64,000 nucleotides of DNA, from NCBI GenBank assembly GCA_963809895.1, contig CAWELD010000003.1, positions 1,408,001 to 1,472,000 on the forward strand, written 5' to 3'. The notes under the pieces were generated by a model. That model saw nothing but the letters and a program-made list of their open reading frames with translations, had not been told where the DNA came from and made no database searches. The translations under genes were made by a program, and so were the position numbers. Positions 45,000 to 55,224 of the stretch are shown here, piece by piece. Numbering within the stretch: the first letter of the stretch is position 1; every line of letters starts with the position of its first letter. Source of the stretch: an uncultured Gemmatimonadales bacterium (GTDB taxonomy: Bacteria > Gemmatimonadota > Gemmatimonadetes > Longimicrobiales > Gaopeijiaceae).

Positions 45000-46661
45000 T
45001 CAGCGGTAGGGGTCGCCGGGGCGGATACCCCGGGCATGACGCAGCGGGTTCTCCAGCAGGTGCGTCGGCAGGAAGAAGACCAGCACGAAGAGCATGAGCG
45101 AGGCGGCGAATCCCACCGCCAGCAGCCACCAGCTGCGGATCGAGATGAAGAGGATCGAGGTGATGACGGCGGTGGCGGTGGCGAAGATCGACAGCAGAAC
45201 CCGGCGGGCCTGCAGGTGCAGGAAGCGCTCCTGACTCTGGATGTCCCGGGGGTGCACCCGCACCCGGAGCTCCTCGCGCTCGGCGCGCCCGATGAGATCC
45301 CGCAGCGAGCGCAGCGCGGTCTGGGCCTCGTCCACCACGTTGCGCGCCAGCGCCGCGGGCTCCTTGCCCGTGGTGCGCAGGATGTCGGCCTTGTAGCTCC
45401 GGATGACGCCGCGGATGAAGTGGAGCCCGTTGAACTCGGGGTCGTAGCGGAAGCCGATCCCCTCCAGCAGCGCCGCCGCGCGGAAGAAGTAGACGAGCTC
45501 GTGGGGGAGGATCAGGGGCCAGGTGTAGAAGGTGTCGAAGATCTCCTGGACCAGCTCCTGCACGCGCTCACGGCTCGTGGTCTGGGCTCGATCCACGATG
45601 CGCATGATCTCCAGCGCGGCTTCGCGGATCTCGCCTCGCGACACCTCCGGCGAGATCATGCCGAGCTGGTACATCCCGTTGATGATCCCGTCCAGATCCT
45701 CGCGGCCCACCGCCAGCGCGACGTTCAGGATCGTCTCGCGGGTCCAACGCGGTACCTCCACCACCATCCCCCAGTCCAGCAGGACCACGGTACCGTCGTC
45801 CTGGACCAGGAGGTTGCCCGGGTGGGGGTCGGCGTGCAGGAACCCGTCCACCATCATCATGCGCAGATAGAGTCCGGTGAGGGTCTCCATGGTCGAGGTG
45901 AACGACAGCCGACCACTCTCGAACAAGGCGTGCAGGCGGTCGATCTTGGTGCCTTCCAGGTACTCCATGACCAGGACGCGCCGCTGCGTGAAGCGCTCGA
46001 TCACCGCCGGGGCGCGCACACGTCGCTCGCTGCGGAAGGTCTCCTGGAAACGCCGGACGTTGTCGGCTTCCTGCCGGAAGTCCATCTCCTGACGGACCTT
46101 GTGACTGAACTCGCGCACGACCCCGGTCAGGGCCCGCACGTGATGGTTCGGGAAAAGGATGTTCAGCCAGAAGAGCAGCCGGAAGGAGATGTCCAGATCC
46201 AGGGCCACGATCTCTTCGACACCGGGGCGCAGGACCTTGACCACCACCTCCCGGCCGTCGACCCTGGCCCGGTGCACCTGCCCCAGCGAGGCCGCCGCCA
46301 GCGGCTCGCGCTCGAAGTGGTCGAAGACCTCCGACACCGTCTGGCCCAGCTCCCGCTCCAGTACCGCGATGATGTCGTCGGGATCGTCGGCGGGCACCTG
46401 GTCCTGGAGGGTGCCGATCTGCGACAGGTAGGGCTCGGGAAGGATGTCGGCTCGCGCCGAGAACAGCTGGGCGAGCTTGATGAAGGTGGGCCCCAACGCG
46501 GCGATGCGCGCCGTGAGCTTCTCGGCCCGCTTCTGGTGGTGCTCCGCGCTGCGCGTGGCGGGCCGGCCCACCAGGATCCACCGCTTCCGGTCCCTGAGAA
46601 ACGCCACCACGAAAGGCGACAGGCGGGTCAGGACCGAGACGGAGCGTGAGAGACGGCGCAC
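45000..46661 (-). CDS. AarF/UbiB/ABC1 atypical kinase
   Basis: LGPTFIKLAQ, AAASLGQVH, KVLRP, HADPHPGN, LDWGM. Confidence 0.92.
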   Translation of the reverse strand: MRRLSRSVSVLTRLSPFVVAFLRDRKRWILVGRPATRSAEHHQKRAEKLTARIAALGPTFIKLAQLFSARADILPEPYLSQIGTLQDQVPADDPDDIIAVLERELGQTVSEVFDHFEREPLAAASLGQVHRARVDGREVVVKVLRPGVEEIVALDLDISFRLLFWLNILFPNHHVRALTGVVREFSHKVRQEMDFRQEADNVRRFQETFRSERRVRAPAVIERFTQRRVLVMEYLEGTKIDRLHALFESGRLSFTSTMETLTGLYLRMMMVDGFLHADPHPGNLLVQDDGTVVLLDWGMVVEVPRWTRETILNVALAVGREDLDGIINGMYQLGMISPEVSRGEIREAALEIMRIVDRAQTTSRERVQELVQEIFDTFYTWPLILPHELVYFFRAAALLEGIGFRYDPEFNGLHFIRGVIRSYKADILRTTGKEPAALARNVVDEAQTALRSLRDLIGRAEREELRVRVHPRDIQSQERFLHLQARRVLLSIFATATAVITSILFISIRSWWLLAVGFAASLMLFVLVFFLPTHLLENPLRHARGIRPGDPYR

Positions 46662-46676
46662 GTCGGTTCCCCGGCG

Positions 46677-48038
46677 CTACAGGAGAAGGGCCGTGGCGAG
46701 CCCCAGGAGGAAGAAGAAGCCGCACAGGTCGGTGAGCGTGGTCACGAACACCGACGACGCCACGGCTGGATCCACGCCCAGGCGATCCAGGAGCGTGGGA
46801 ATGAAAGCGCCCGCGAAGCCGGCCACCACGATGTTCCCCCACATGGCCAGGAGCACGACCAGCCCCAGGGTCGGGGCCTGGCCCAGCGCCGTGGCCACGA
46901 CGGCCACCACGACGCCGATGGCGGCGCCGTTGACCAGCCCCACCAGCATCTCCTTCATCACCGCATCGGATTTCTGCTCCAGCGGACCGTCGGAGAGGGC
47001 GATGCGCCGCACCGTCACGGCCAGGGCCTGGGTGCCCGCGTTCCCGCCCATGCCGGCGATGATGGGCATGATGGAGGCGAGGATCACCACCTGCTCGATG
47101 GTGTGCTGGAACATGTAGACCACCGAGGCCGCCACCATGGCGGTGACCAGGTTGACCATGAGCCAGGGCAGCCGCGAGCGCACGGCGCCCGTCCAGCCGG
47201 CACGGACCTCCTCTTCGTCCGACACGCCCGCCAGGCGCAGGATGTCCTCGGTACGCTCCGCCTCGATGACGTCGAGGACATCGTCGAAGGTGATGCGGCC
47301 CAGCAGCCGTCCCATGCCGTCCACCACCGGGACCGACACGAGGTTGTAGCGCGACAACAGCCGCCCCACCTCTTCCTGGTCCAGATCCGGATGCACGGTG
47401 GCGGGCACCTCTTCCACGAGCTCCGAGACCGGCGTGTCGGCGCCTGCCAGGATGAGGTCGTCCAGGGGCACCGTGCCCAGGAGCCGGTGCTCCCGGTCCA
47501 CCACGAAGATGGCGTAGAAGTCCTCCACCTCCCGTCCCTGCCGCCGAACCTCCTCCACCGCCTCCCGCGCCGACAGACGACCCTCCAGCGCCACCAGCTC
47601 GGTGGTCATGAGGCCACCGGCGGTCTCCTCGTCGTAGGAGAGCAGCTCCCTCAGGTCGCCGGCCTCCTCGCGGGGAAGCTGGTCCAGGATGCGCTGGGCC
47701 TCGGCGGGCTCGAGCTCGGCGATGAGGTCGACGGCATCGTCGTCGGCCAGCTCGTGGAGGAGCTCGGCGCCGCGCTGCGGATCGAGGGCGGCCAACAGCT
47801 CGGCGCGGTCGTCGCCTTCCTCCATCTCCGCCAGCGCCTCGGACGCGATGTCCGACGGCAGCAGGTGGATGAGCGACAGCCGCTCGGCCTCGTCCAACGC
47901 CTCGAGCAGGTCCGCCACGTCCGACGGGTGCACGTCGAACTCGGCCAGGACCTGGGCGAGCCCCTGGGCATCGCCTGCCTCCATGAGTGGACGCAGGCGT
48001 TCCTTGAGGGTCACGACCTCGGGCGTGCCGTTGCTCAT
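46677..48038 (-). CDS. mgtE: Magnesium transporter MgtE
   Basis: N-domain, CBS pair (TAGGLMT), GGNAGTQ, DPAVAS..TTLTD. Confidence 0.95.
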   Translation of the reverse strand: MSNGTPEVVTLKERLRPLMEAGDAQGLAQVLAEFDVHPSDVADLLEALDEAERLSLIHLLPSDIASEALAEMEEGDDRAELLAALDPQRGAELLHELADDDAVDLIAELEPAEAQRILDQLPREEAGDLRELLSYDEETAGGLMTTELVALEGRLSAREAVEEVRRQGREVEDFYAIFVVDREHRLLGTVPLDDLILAGADTPVSELVEEVPATVHPDLDQEEVGRLLSRYNLVSVPVVDGMGRLLGRITFDDVLDVIEAERTEDILRLAGVSDEEEVRAGWTGAVRSRLPWLMVNLVTAMVAASVVYMFQHTIEQVVILASIMPIIAGMGGNAGTQALAVTVRRIALSDGPLEQKSDAVMKEMLVGLVNGAAIGVVVAVVATALGQAPTLGLVVLLAMWGNIVVAGFAGAFIPTLLDRLGVDPAVASSVFVTTLTDLCGFFFLLGLATALLL

Positions 48039-48163
48039 GGGCGTGTCCGATGGCGGTCGGGAGGAGGGATTGATCCGCCGCCGGGAGGCGACGGAACGTC
48101 ACGGAAGATCCCGCCCCGCGCCTCCGAAGGCAAGCCGCGCGGGCCCGCCCGGGACCGCCCGCT

Positions 48164-48607
48164 TCAGCCCTCTTCGGGGGCCCCGGACACCAGCTCGCGC
48201 ACCAGCTCTTCCTGCAGGCGATACATGGGCGACGCCGCTCGCTCAGCCCCCTCCTCGGGGTGATCGAGGCCCGTCACGTGCAGCGTGCCGTGCACGACCA
48301 GGCGCACCAGCTCCTCGTCCAGCGGGACTGCGAGATCGCGCGCCTGGCGCCCCGCCTGGTGGTACCCGACGTACACGTCGCCCACCACCGGCTCCGGAGG
48401 GTCCCACAGGGCGAAGGACAGCACGTCGGTGGGACGGTCGTGGCCCAGGTGGTCCCGGTTCATGGTCCGGATGGCATCGTCACCCAGGAGCGCCACCGAC
48501 AGCTCGGCGTCCTGTACGTCCCGGCGCCGCAGCGCCGCCGTGGCGGCCCGCTCGAGAAGCTCGACAGACACCGGGAATCCCCCGGCGTCCACCGCCACCT
48601 CGATCAC
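48164..48607 (-). CDS. ybeY: rRNA maturation endoribonuclease YbeY
   Basis: PTDVLSF, HGTLHVTGLDH. Confidence 0.95.
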   Translation of the reverse strand: MIEVAVDAGGFPVSVELLERAATAALRRRDVQDAELSVALLGDDAIRTMNRDHLGHDRPTDVLSFALWDPPEPVVGDVYVGYHQAGRQARDLAVPLDEELVRLVVHGTLHVTGLDHPEEGAERAASPMYRLQEELVRELVSGAPEEG

Positions 48608-51030
48608 GCCTCGGGCCCTCTCCCGGAGCCGCCCTCGGTCCTGCTGCCCCCCGACGGGGCGGGACTGCCCGACTCCGCGCCTGCTCCCTCCGGTCCGGGC
48701 TCCCGTGCGGCTTCAGCGCCGGCGGTTTGATCCCCGGCGTCCTCGGGGCCCTTGCCGCCATCGCCACCGGCTCCGCCGCCGCTGCTCTCGTGCGCGGATT
48801 CGGTGAGGTGGCGCGTCTGCGGGTAGTCGATGCGGTGGTGGTAGACGCCCCCCAGAACCTTGGCGAACTGGTCCTTGATCTGGGCAATCTCGCGGAGCGT
48901 CAGAGGCGCGTCGTCGAGCTGGTGGTCGGCGATCTTGGCATCGACGATGGAGTCGATGAGGCCCCGGATCCGCTCCGGGGTGGGATCCTTCAGGGCCCGG
49001 GTCGCCGATTCCACCGAGTCGGCCAGCATGGCGATGGCCGTTTCACGGGAGCGAGGCCTGGGCCCGGGATAGGTGAAGTCCTCGGGATCCACGTTGTCGG
49101 CGCCGTACTCCTCCTTGGCCTTCTCGAGGAAGAAGCCGATGCGCTGGGTGCCGTGGTGCTCGGTGATGAAGTTCGCCACCACGTCGGGGACCTTGGCCTC
49201 CTTGGCGAGGCGCCGTCCCTCCACGACGTGCTCCTTGACGATGGCCGCCGACGTGTCCGGCTTGAGCCGGTCGTGGGGATTTCGCCCGTCGGGCTGATTC
49301 TCCACGAAATAGTGGGGCTTGAGCATCTTGCCCACGTCGTGGTAGTAGAGCCCGACCCTGCACAGGAGCCCGTTGGCGCCGATGGCGGTGGCGGCGGACT
49401 CGGCCAGGTTGGCCACGTTGATGGTGTGGGCGTACGTGCCGGGAGCCTCCATGGAGAGACGCTTCAGCAGGTCGCGGTTGGGATCGGCCCACTCCAGCAG
49501 GGTCTGGTCCGTGGTCACGCCGGTGAACCACTCGAAGACGGGCAGGAAGCCCATGGCCACGATGGCCGACAGCACCGCGTTCCCCGCCGCCGCTCCCAGC
49601 GCCGTGAACGCCACGCTCGGCTCCCGACCCTGGAGGAGTGCCAGGGCGAGGATCACCGCCGCATAGGCCGCGGTGATGATGGCGATGAAGATCCAGGTCT
49701 GGGCCCGTCGGCGCACGGCCCGCACGCTCATGGCGGCCGCCGAGCCGCCCAGGAGGGTGGTGACGATGACCGAGCCGCCCTGAAGCCCGGGCTGAACGCC
49801 GGAGAGCACCGCCAGGACCATGGCCAGGACCAGCGCCATGCGCCCGTCCCACAACACGGCTACGCCCAGCGCCACGAAGGCCACGGGCAGAGCCTCCACC
49901 GGCCAGTCGCTCCGCGCCACCACCGCCGCGGCCCCGATGTAGACCGCCACCAGCATGGAGATGAGAAGGACCCAGCGGAGGTTGGTGTAGATCTCCCGGC
50001 GGAAGAAGAGCAGCAGGAGCCCGAAGACCGAGAGCAGCAGGACGTTGAGGAGTCCCGCCCCCAGTAGCGGAGCCACGTGGGCGCCGCCCCGCTCCTGCGC
50101 CACGAGCCCCTGCGTCTGGAGCGCCTCTTCGTAGGCCCGCAGCTTGGCCAGCACGGGCTCGGTGATCTGCTCGTTGGCCCGCACGATGGCCTCGCCCTGG
50201 AGCACCTCCTGCTTGACCGTGGGCACCGCCCCGGCGGCCTGGTTCCGGTCCAGCTCGGTCTCCGGCGCGTTGAGCCGGTAGGTGAACTCCACGTGCTGGA
50301 TGAGGATCAGGCGCAACAGATCCTGGAGATCGGGCGGCGACCCCGCCGGCAGCAGGTCGACGGCGCGGGCGTAGAACTCGCGAGCCGGCAGGACCCGGCT
50401 GAGCGGCACGGACCGCTCGGTCTCGGCGCCCTGATCCGTCGAGCGCACGGTGATGCGGTCGGTGGTGACGTCCTCCACCTCACCGGTCTCCGCCACTCCT
50501 TCCGGCAGGATGCGCCGCGCGGCTTCCAGCGCCGAGCGTCGCAGCAACTGGAGGGTCGAGGGATTGAGGAGGAGCTGGAGCTGGGCCGGAGTCGCGGTGA
50601 TGGAGCCCGACCGCAGAACCCGGGCCACCGCCTGCGCCGAATCGGACTCGCCGGCCGCTGCCTGCAGCCGGTCGAAGAAGCGCCCGAGCCGGGCCTGCGT
50701 GGAGTCGGCGGCCTCGGGATGCTCGTCGAAGGTCGGCGGGACCGCCGCCGCCGCGTCGCCCCGGGCCCGCGCCAGCTCTTCCTGGCTCGCGGGCACGGTG
50801 AACCCCACCCGGGCGATGACGTCCTCGCTGGCGACCATGCCCACGGCGTAGCGGGCCATGGACAGCCGGGTGGCCGGCGGGAACAGCGCCGTCACCATCA
50901 CGGCCAGGGCAACCAGCAGCAGGACTCGCGTGCCGTGGTGGACCACGCCCTCGGGCCATACGTGGCGTGGGCGCCTGGACAGCCAGGCCCGTGGCCCCCC
51001 CTGGTCGTTGCGGCGGTCGGGGCGGCTCAC
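48604..51030 (-). CDS. 7TM-HD membrane phosphohydrolase (PgpH-like)
   Basis: Extracytoplasmic domain, 7 TM, EAPGTYAH, YYHDVGK, FVENQ, HHGT, YPGPRP, MLADSVE. Confidence 0.9.
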   Translation of the reverse strand: MSRPDRRNDQGGPRAWLSRRPRHVWPEGVVHHGTRVLLLVALAVMVTALFPPATRLSMARYAVGMVASEDVIARVGFTVPASQEELARARGDAAAAVPPTFDEHPEAADSTQARLGRFFDRLQAAAGESDSAQAVARVLRSGSITATPAQLQLLLNPSTLQLLRRSALEAARRILPEGVAETGEVEDVTTDRITVRSTDQGAETERSVPLSRVLPAREFYARAVDLLPAGSPPDLQDLLRLILIQHVEFTYRLNAPETELDRNQAAGAVPTVKQEVLQGEAIVRANEQITEPVLAKLRAYEEALQTQGLVAQERGGAHVAPLLGAGLLNVLLLSVFGLLLLFFRREIYTNLRWVLLISMLVAVYIGAAAVVARSDWPVEALPVAFVALGVAVLWDGRMALVLAMVLAVLSGVQPGLQGGSVIVTTLLGGSAAAMSVRAVRRRAQTWIFIAIITAAYAAVILALALLQGREPSVAFTALGAAAGNAVLSAIVAMGFLPVFEWFTGVTTDQTLLEWADPNRDLLKRLSMEAPGTYAHTINVANLAESAATAIGANGLLCRVGLYYHDVGKMLKPHYFVENQPDGRNPHDRLKPDTSAAIVKEHVVEGRRLAKEAKVPDVVANFITEHHGTQRIGFFLEKAKEEYGADNVDPEDFTYPGPRPRSRETAIAMLADSVESATRALKDPTPERIRGLIDSIVDAKIADHQLDDAPLTLREIAQIKDQFAKVLGGVYHHRIDYPQTRHLTESAHESSGGGAGGDGGKGPEDAGDQTAGAEAAREPGPEGAGAESGSPAPSGGSRTEGGSGRGPEA

Positions 51031-52013
51031 GACTCCTCCGGCTCCTCGCCAGCCTCGGCGTAGGCCCGGATGATGTCCTTCACCAGCCGATGACGGATGA
51101 CGTCCATGGCGTCCAGGTAGATGATGGAAATGCCGTCGATCCCGGCCAGGATCCGCTCCACCTGCAACAGCCCCGAGTCGGCCTTGCGGGGCAGGTCGAT
51201 CTGGGTCTTGTCACCGGTGATCACCACCCGCGAGTTCAGACCCAGGCGGGTGAGGAACATCTTCATCTGCGCGGTGGTGGCGTTCTGCGCCTCGTCGAGG
51301 ATCACGAAGGCGTCGGACAGCGTGCGGCCACGCATGTACGCCAGCGGCGCGATCTCGATGGTGCGGTCCTCGAGCGCCCGGCGGACCCGGTCCGAGGGCA
51401 TCATGTCTTCCAGGGCATCGTACAGGGGCCGGAGGTACGGGTCCACCTTTTCCTGCAGATCGCCCGGCAGGAACCCCAGGTTCTCGCCGGCCTCCACGGC
51501 GGGCCGCGCCAGGATGATCCGCTTCACCCGCTTCTTGTAGAGGGCGTCCACCGCGGCGGCCACCGCCAGGTACGTCTTGCCGGTACCGGCAGGGCCGATG
51601 CCGATGACGATGTCGTTGGCCTGGATGGCGTCCAGATAGCGCCGCTGACCCTCGGACTTGGGCGAGATGACCTTGCGCGAGCCCGGGAGCGCGATGCGCA
51701 TCTCCTGACCCGGCGGCACCACGCCCTCCTGTCCGAGCGCGTCGAAGCTCTCGGCGAAGCGGGCGATGTCGTGGGTGTCGAAGGGCGCGCGCAGCCGCGA
51801 CAGCTCGATCAGGTGCTGCACCACCGGCACCGCGTGCTCCACGGCGTCCAGGACCCCGGAGAGGATCACCTGGTCTCCACGCAGGACGACACGGATGCCG
51901 AAGATCTGGTGGATCTCCTGAAGGTGGCGATCGTTCACTCCGGCCAGGAGGAGGTGATCGACTCCCTCGGCGTCCAGCCGGTGCTCGACGATGGTGGCGT
52001 CTCCGTTCGCCAT
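51027..52013 (-). CDS. phoH: PhoH-family ATPase
   Basis: GPAGTGKT, RPAVEAGE, YMRGRTL, DEAQN. Confidence 0.95.
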   Translation of the reverse strand: MANGDATIVEHRLDAEGVDHLLLAGVNDRHLQEIHQIFGIRVVLRGDQVILSGVLDAVEHAVPVVQHLIELSRLRAPFDTHDIARFAESFDALGQEGVVPPGQEMRIALPGSRKVISPKSEGQRRYLDAIQANDIVIGIGPAGTGKTYLAVAAAVDALYKKRVKRIILARPAVEAGENLGFLPGDLQEKVDPYLRPLYDALEDMMPSDRVRRALEDRTIEIAPLAYMRGRTLSDAFVILDEAQNATTAQMKMFLTRLGLNSRVVITGDKTQIDLPRKADSGLLQVERILAGIDGISIIYLDAMDVIRHRLVKDIIRAYAEAGEEPEES

Positions 52014-52073
52014 GACACTCCTGCCGGAAGAAGGAGCCGACGTCCTTCGTGGACGACGGCGCCGGGCGCCGGC

Positions 52074-53855
52074 CTACGCTCCGGACGGGTTCTTCAGTCG
52101 AAGGCCCAACTCGTCCACGTCGCGCGCGTCGACGGAGGTCGGGGCGCCCTCGAAGAGCGCCCGCGCCGCCGTGGTCTTCGGAAAGGCGATCACGTCCCTG
52201 AGGCTGGCAGCGCCGGCGAACCGCTGCACGATGCGGTCCATGCCCAGCGCGATCCCGGCGTGGGGAGGCGCCCCGGCCTCCAACGCCGACAGCAGGAATC
52301 CGAACTTGTGATCGATCTCCTCCTCACCGAGTCCGAGAATCCGGAAGATACGCCGTTGCAGGTCGGCGTGGTGGATTCTGAGGCTTCCCGAACCCAACTC
52401 CGACCCGTTGTACACCAGATCGTACGCGAGTCCCCGCGCGTCCAGCGGATGCTCCTCGAGCTCGTCCAGCCACTCGTCGTGGGGAAGCACGAACGGGTGG
52501 TGGTTCGGCCCCAGGTGGCCCTCGCTCTCCTCGAAGACCGGGAAGTCGGTGACCCAGAGCCACGCGTGCTCCCGCGCCATGGGCAACTCCAGGGCGCGGA
52601 TGACCGCAGCCCGGGTGGCGGACAGCGCCGGCGACGTGACCTCGTCGGGCCCGGCGGCCACCAGCGCCAGGTCACCCTCTTCCAGCGCCATGGCGTCGTA
52701 GTGCTCGTCCGCCAGGAAGCGCGCCAGCGGCCCGGAGCCGCCTTCGTCGGTGCGCTTCACCCACAGAAGCCCCGGCGCGCCGGCGGCCTTGGCCTCGGCC
52801 TCGACGCCCTCGATGTCCTTCCTGGACAGGCTCGCGCCACCGGGCAGCCGGAACCCACGGGCGCGGCCGCCCGCGTCCAGCGCACCGTCGATGACCCGGA
52901 ATCCCGTGCCCGAGAGCGCTCCGGACCAGTCCTGGATCTGGAGCTCCCACCGCAGATCGGGACGGTCCGAGCCGTAGCGATCCATGGCCTCGTCCCAGGT
53001 CATGCGCGGAAACGGCAGGGCCGCCTCGGCGCCGGCCACCTCGGCCAGGCGCTCCATGAGACCCTCCATCCATCCCAGGATGTCGTCCTGGGCCACGAAT
53101 GACGCCTCCACGTCGATCTGGGTGAACTCGGGCTGTCGATCCGCCCGGAGATCCTCGTCGCGAAAGCAGCGGGCGATCTGGAAGTAGCGGTCGAAGCCGG
53201 CGACCATGAGGATCTGCTTGTAGATCTGGGGGCTCTGGGGCAGCGCGTAGAACTCGCCGGGATGCACCCGACTGGGCACCAGGTAGTCGCGCGCACCCTC
53301 GGGCGTGGGCCTGGTCAGGATGGGCGTCTCCACCTCGGTGAAGCCGAGCTCGTCCAGGTAGTTGCGAGCCGCCAGGATCAGGCGGTGGCGGAGGACGAGC
53401 TTCTCCTGGAGCTCGGGCCGGCGCAGGTCCAGGACCCGGTGGCGGAGCCGCAGCTCTTCCGAAGGCAGCTCCTCGTCGGGAGCCCGGTAGACCGGGATCG
53501 CCGGGGTGCGCGCCGCGTTCAAGCGCTCGACCCGCACCGCCCTGAGCTCCACCTCGCCGGTGGGCATGTCGGGATTGGCGTCCGGACGCAGGACGATCTC
53601 GCCTTCCACCGCCACCACGTCTTCGTGGCCCAACGCGTCGGCCACCCGCCCCGACGCCTCGTCGGTCCAGTCGGGTCCCACCGAAACCTGCAGCAGGCCC
53701 GAGCGGTCGCGCAGATCCAGGAAGAGCAGCCCGCCCAGATCACGGCGCCGGTGCACCCAACCCATGACGCGCAGCGTGCGGCCCACGTCCTGGGCCGTCA
53801 CGATTCCCATGAGGCACGACCGCAGGGCGGTGTGCCCGGTGTTGTCTTCAGGCAT
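52074..53855 (-). CDS. aspS: Aspartyl-tRNA synthetase
   Basis: TPEGARDY, LPQSPQ, CFRDEDLRADRQPEFTQ, HHPF, PPHAGIALG. Confidence 0.97.
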   Translation of the reverse strand: MPEDNTGHTALRSCLMGIVTAQDVGRTLRVMGWVHRRRDLGGLLFLDLRDRSGLLQVSVGPDWTDEASGRVADALGHEDVVAVEGEIVLRPDANPDMPTGEVELRAVRVERLNAARTPAIPVYRAPDEELPSEELRLRHRVLDLRRPELQEKLVLRHRLILAARNYLDELGFTEVETPILTRPTPEGARDYLVPSRVHPGEFYALPQSPQIYKQILMVAGFDRYFQIARCFRDEDLRADRQPEFTQIDVEASFVAQDDILGWMEGLMERLAEVAGAEAALPFPRMTWDEAMDRYGSDRPDLRWELQIQDWSGALSGTGFRVIDGALDAGGRARGFRLPGGASLSRKDIEGVEAEAKAAGAPGLLWVKRTDEGGSGPLARFLADEHYDAMALEEGDLALVAAGPDEVTSPALSATRAAVIRALELPMAREHAWLWVTDFPVFEESEGHLGPNHHPFVLPHDEWLDELEEHPLDARGLAYDLVYNGSELGSGSLRIHHADLQRRIFRILGLGEEEIDHKFGFLLSALEAGAPPHAGIALGMDRIVQRFAGAASLRDVIAFPKTTAARALFEGAPTSVDARDVDELGLRLKNPSGA

Positions 53856-54111
53856 ACGTCTCGTTCTTCAAGGATGTGGGGCATCGGCGAGGGCCGGATG
53901 CGCCGGAGGCTCCGGACGCCGTGGCGCCGGAGGAGAGGATCCACAAGGGATCCGGGAGAGGCTGGGCTGCCAGGCGTCTCGACGAGGCGCCACCTCCTGC
54001 GGGAGTATGGGTTTCGCTAACTTAATCGGGCGAATTTCCCCCTTCAAGCGAACCGGCGGCTACCCCGGCGATCCCATCGGGCCGGGGCCCCCGGCGTTCC
54101 ATGGCAGGCGC

Positions 54112-55182
54112 ATGACCGATACCCCTCCCCTTCCGGACCTTCTGAGCCGCACGCCCGACGAGCTCCAGGCCGAGCTCCAGCGCTTCTTCGCAGAGCGCGG
54201 ACAGCCGGCGTATCGCGCACGCCAGGTGGCGCGCTGGCTCTACGAGACCGACGTCGCGGAGTTCCGGGAAATGACCGACCTGCCGGCCGACGAGCGCGAC
54301 GCGCTGGCGCAGGCGTGGCGCCTCGGCGAGCCCGAGGCCGAGACCGTCTCCGTGTCGTCGGATCGCACCGCCAAGCACCTCTGGCGGCTGCACGACGGCG
54401 AGCTGGTGGAGTCGGTCCTCATTCCCACCGACGACCGGCTCACGCTGTGCCTGTCCTCGCAGGCCGGCTGTGCCATGGGGTGCACCTTCTGCGCCACCGG
54501 CTGGAGCGGCTTCCGGCGTCATCTCAGCGCCGGTGAGATCGTCGGCCAGTACCGGGCGTCGCGGCGCTGGGCCGCCGAGCACGACTACGGGCCCGTCACC
54601 AACATCGTCTACATGGGCATGGGCGAGCCGCTGGCCAACCGCCAGGCGGTCCACCCCTCGCTCACCATCCTGAACCAGGGATTTCAGGTCGGCGCGCGCC
54701 GCATCACCGTGTCGACGGTCGGCGTCGTGCCCGGGATCCTGGAGCTCGCGCGACGGCCCGAGCAGTTCAAGCTCGCGCTGTCACTGCACTCGCCCGACGA
54801 GGCGCTCCGACGCGAGCTGATCCCCCTGGAGAAGCGCTGGCCGCTGCCCGAACTGGTGGAGGCGCTCCGGGAGTTCGACGCCCGGGGCGGACGCCGGATC
54901 ACCTTCGAGTACACGATGATCCGAGACGTGAATGACGCCACGGAACTCGCTCCGCGCCTTGCAGATATGGCATACGACCTGAAGGCGTTCGTGAACCTGA
55001 TCCCCTTCAATCCCATCCCGTGGCAGGACTGGGAGCCGAGCCCCCTGGAGCGCATCCAGGCCTTCGCCAGCGTCCTGGAGAATCGGGGTGTGGACGTGGC
55101 CGTGCGCGAGCCCCGGGGTCGGGACATCGACGCCGCCTGCGGACAGCTCCGGGCCAACGCGTTGGTGCAACTCGAGGGTTGA
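54112..55182 (+). CDS. rlmN: Radical-SAM rRNA/tRNA methyltransferase RlmN
   Basis: SSQAGCAMGCTFC, MGMGEP, SLH, NLIPFN, AACGQL. Confidence 0.95.
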   Translation: MTDTPPLPDLLSRTPDELQAELQRFFAERGQPAYRARQVARWLYETDVAEFREMTDLPADERDALAQAWRLGEPEAETVSVSSDRTAKHLWRLHDGELVESVLIPTDDRLTLCLSSQAGCAMGCTFCATGWSGFRRHLSAGEIVGQYRASRRWAAEHDYGPVTNIVYMGMGEPLANRQAVHPSLTILNQGFQVGARRITVSTVGVVPGILELARRPEQFKLALSLHSPDEALRRELIPLEKRWPLPELVEALREFDARGGRRITFEYTMIRDVNDATELAPRLADMAYDLKAFVNLIPFNPIPWQDWEPSPLERIQAFASVLENRGVDVAVREPRGRDIDAACGQLRANALVQLEG

Positions 55183-55224
55183 GCGAGCCCGGGCGGTCGG
55201 GCGAATGCCCACCACCCGCAGCCC

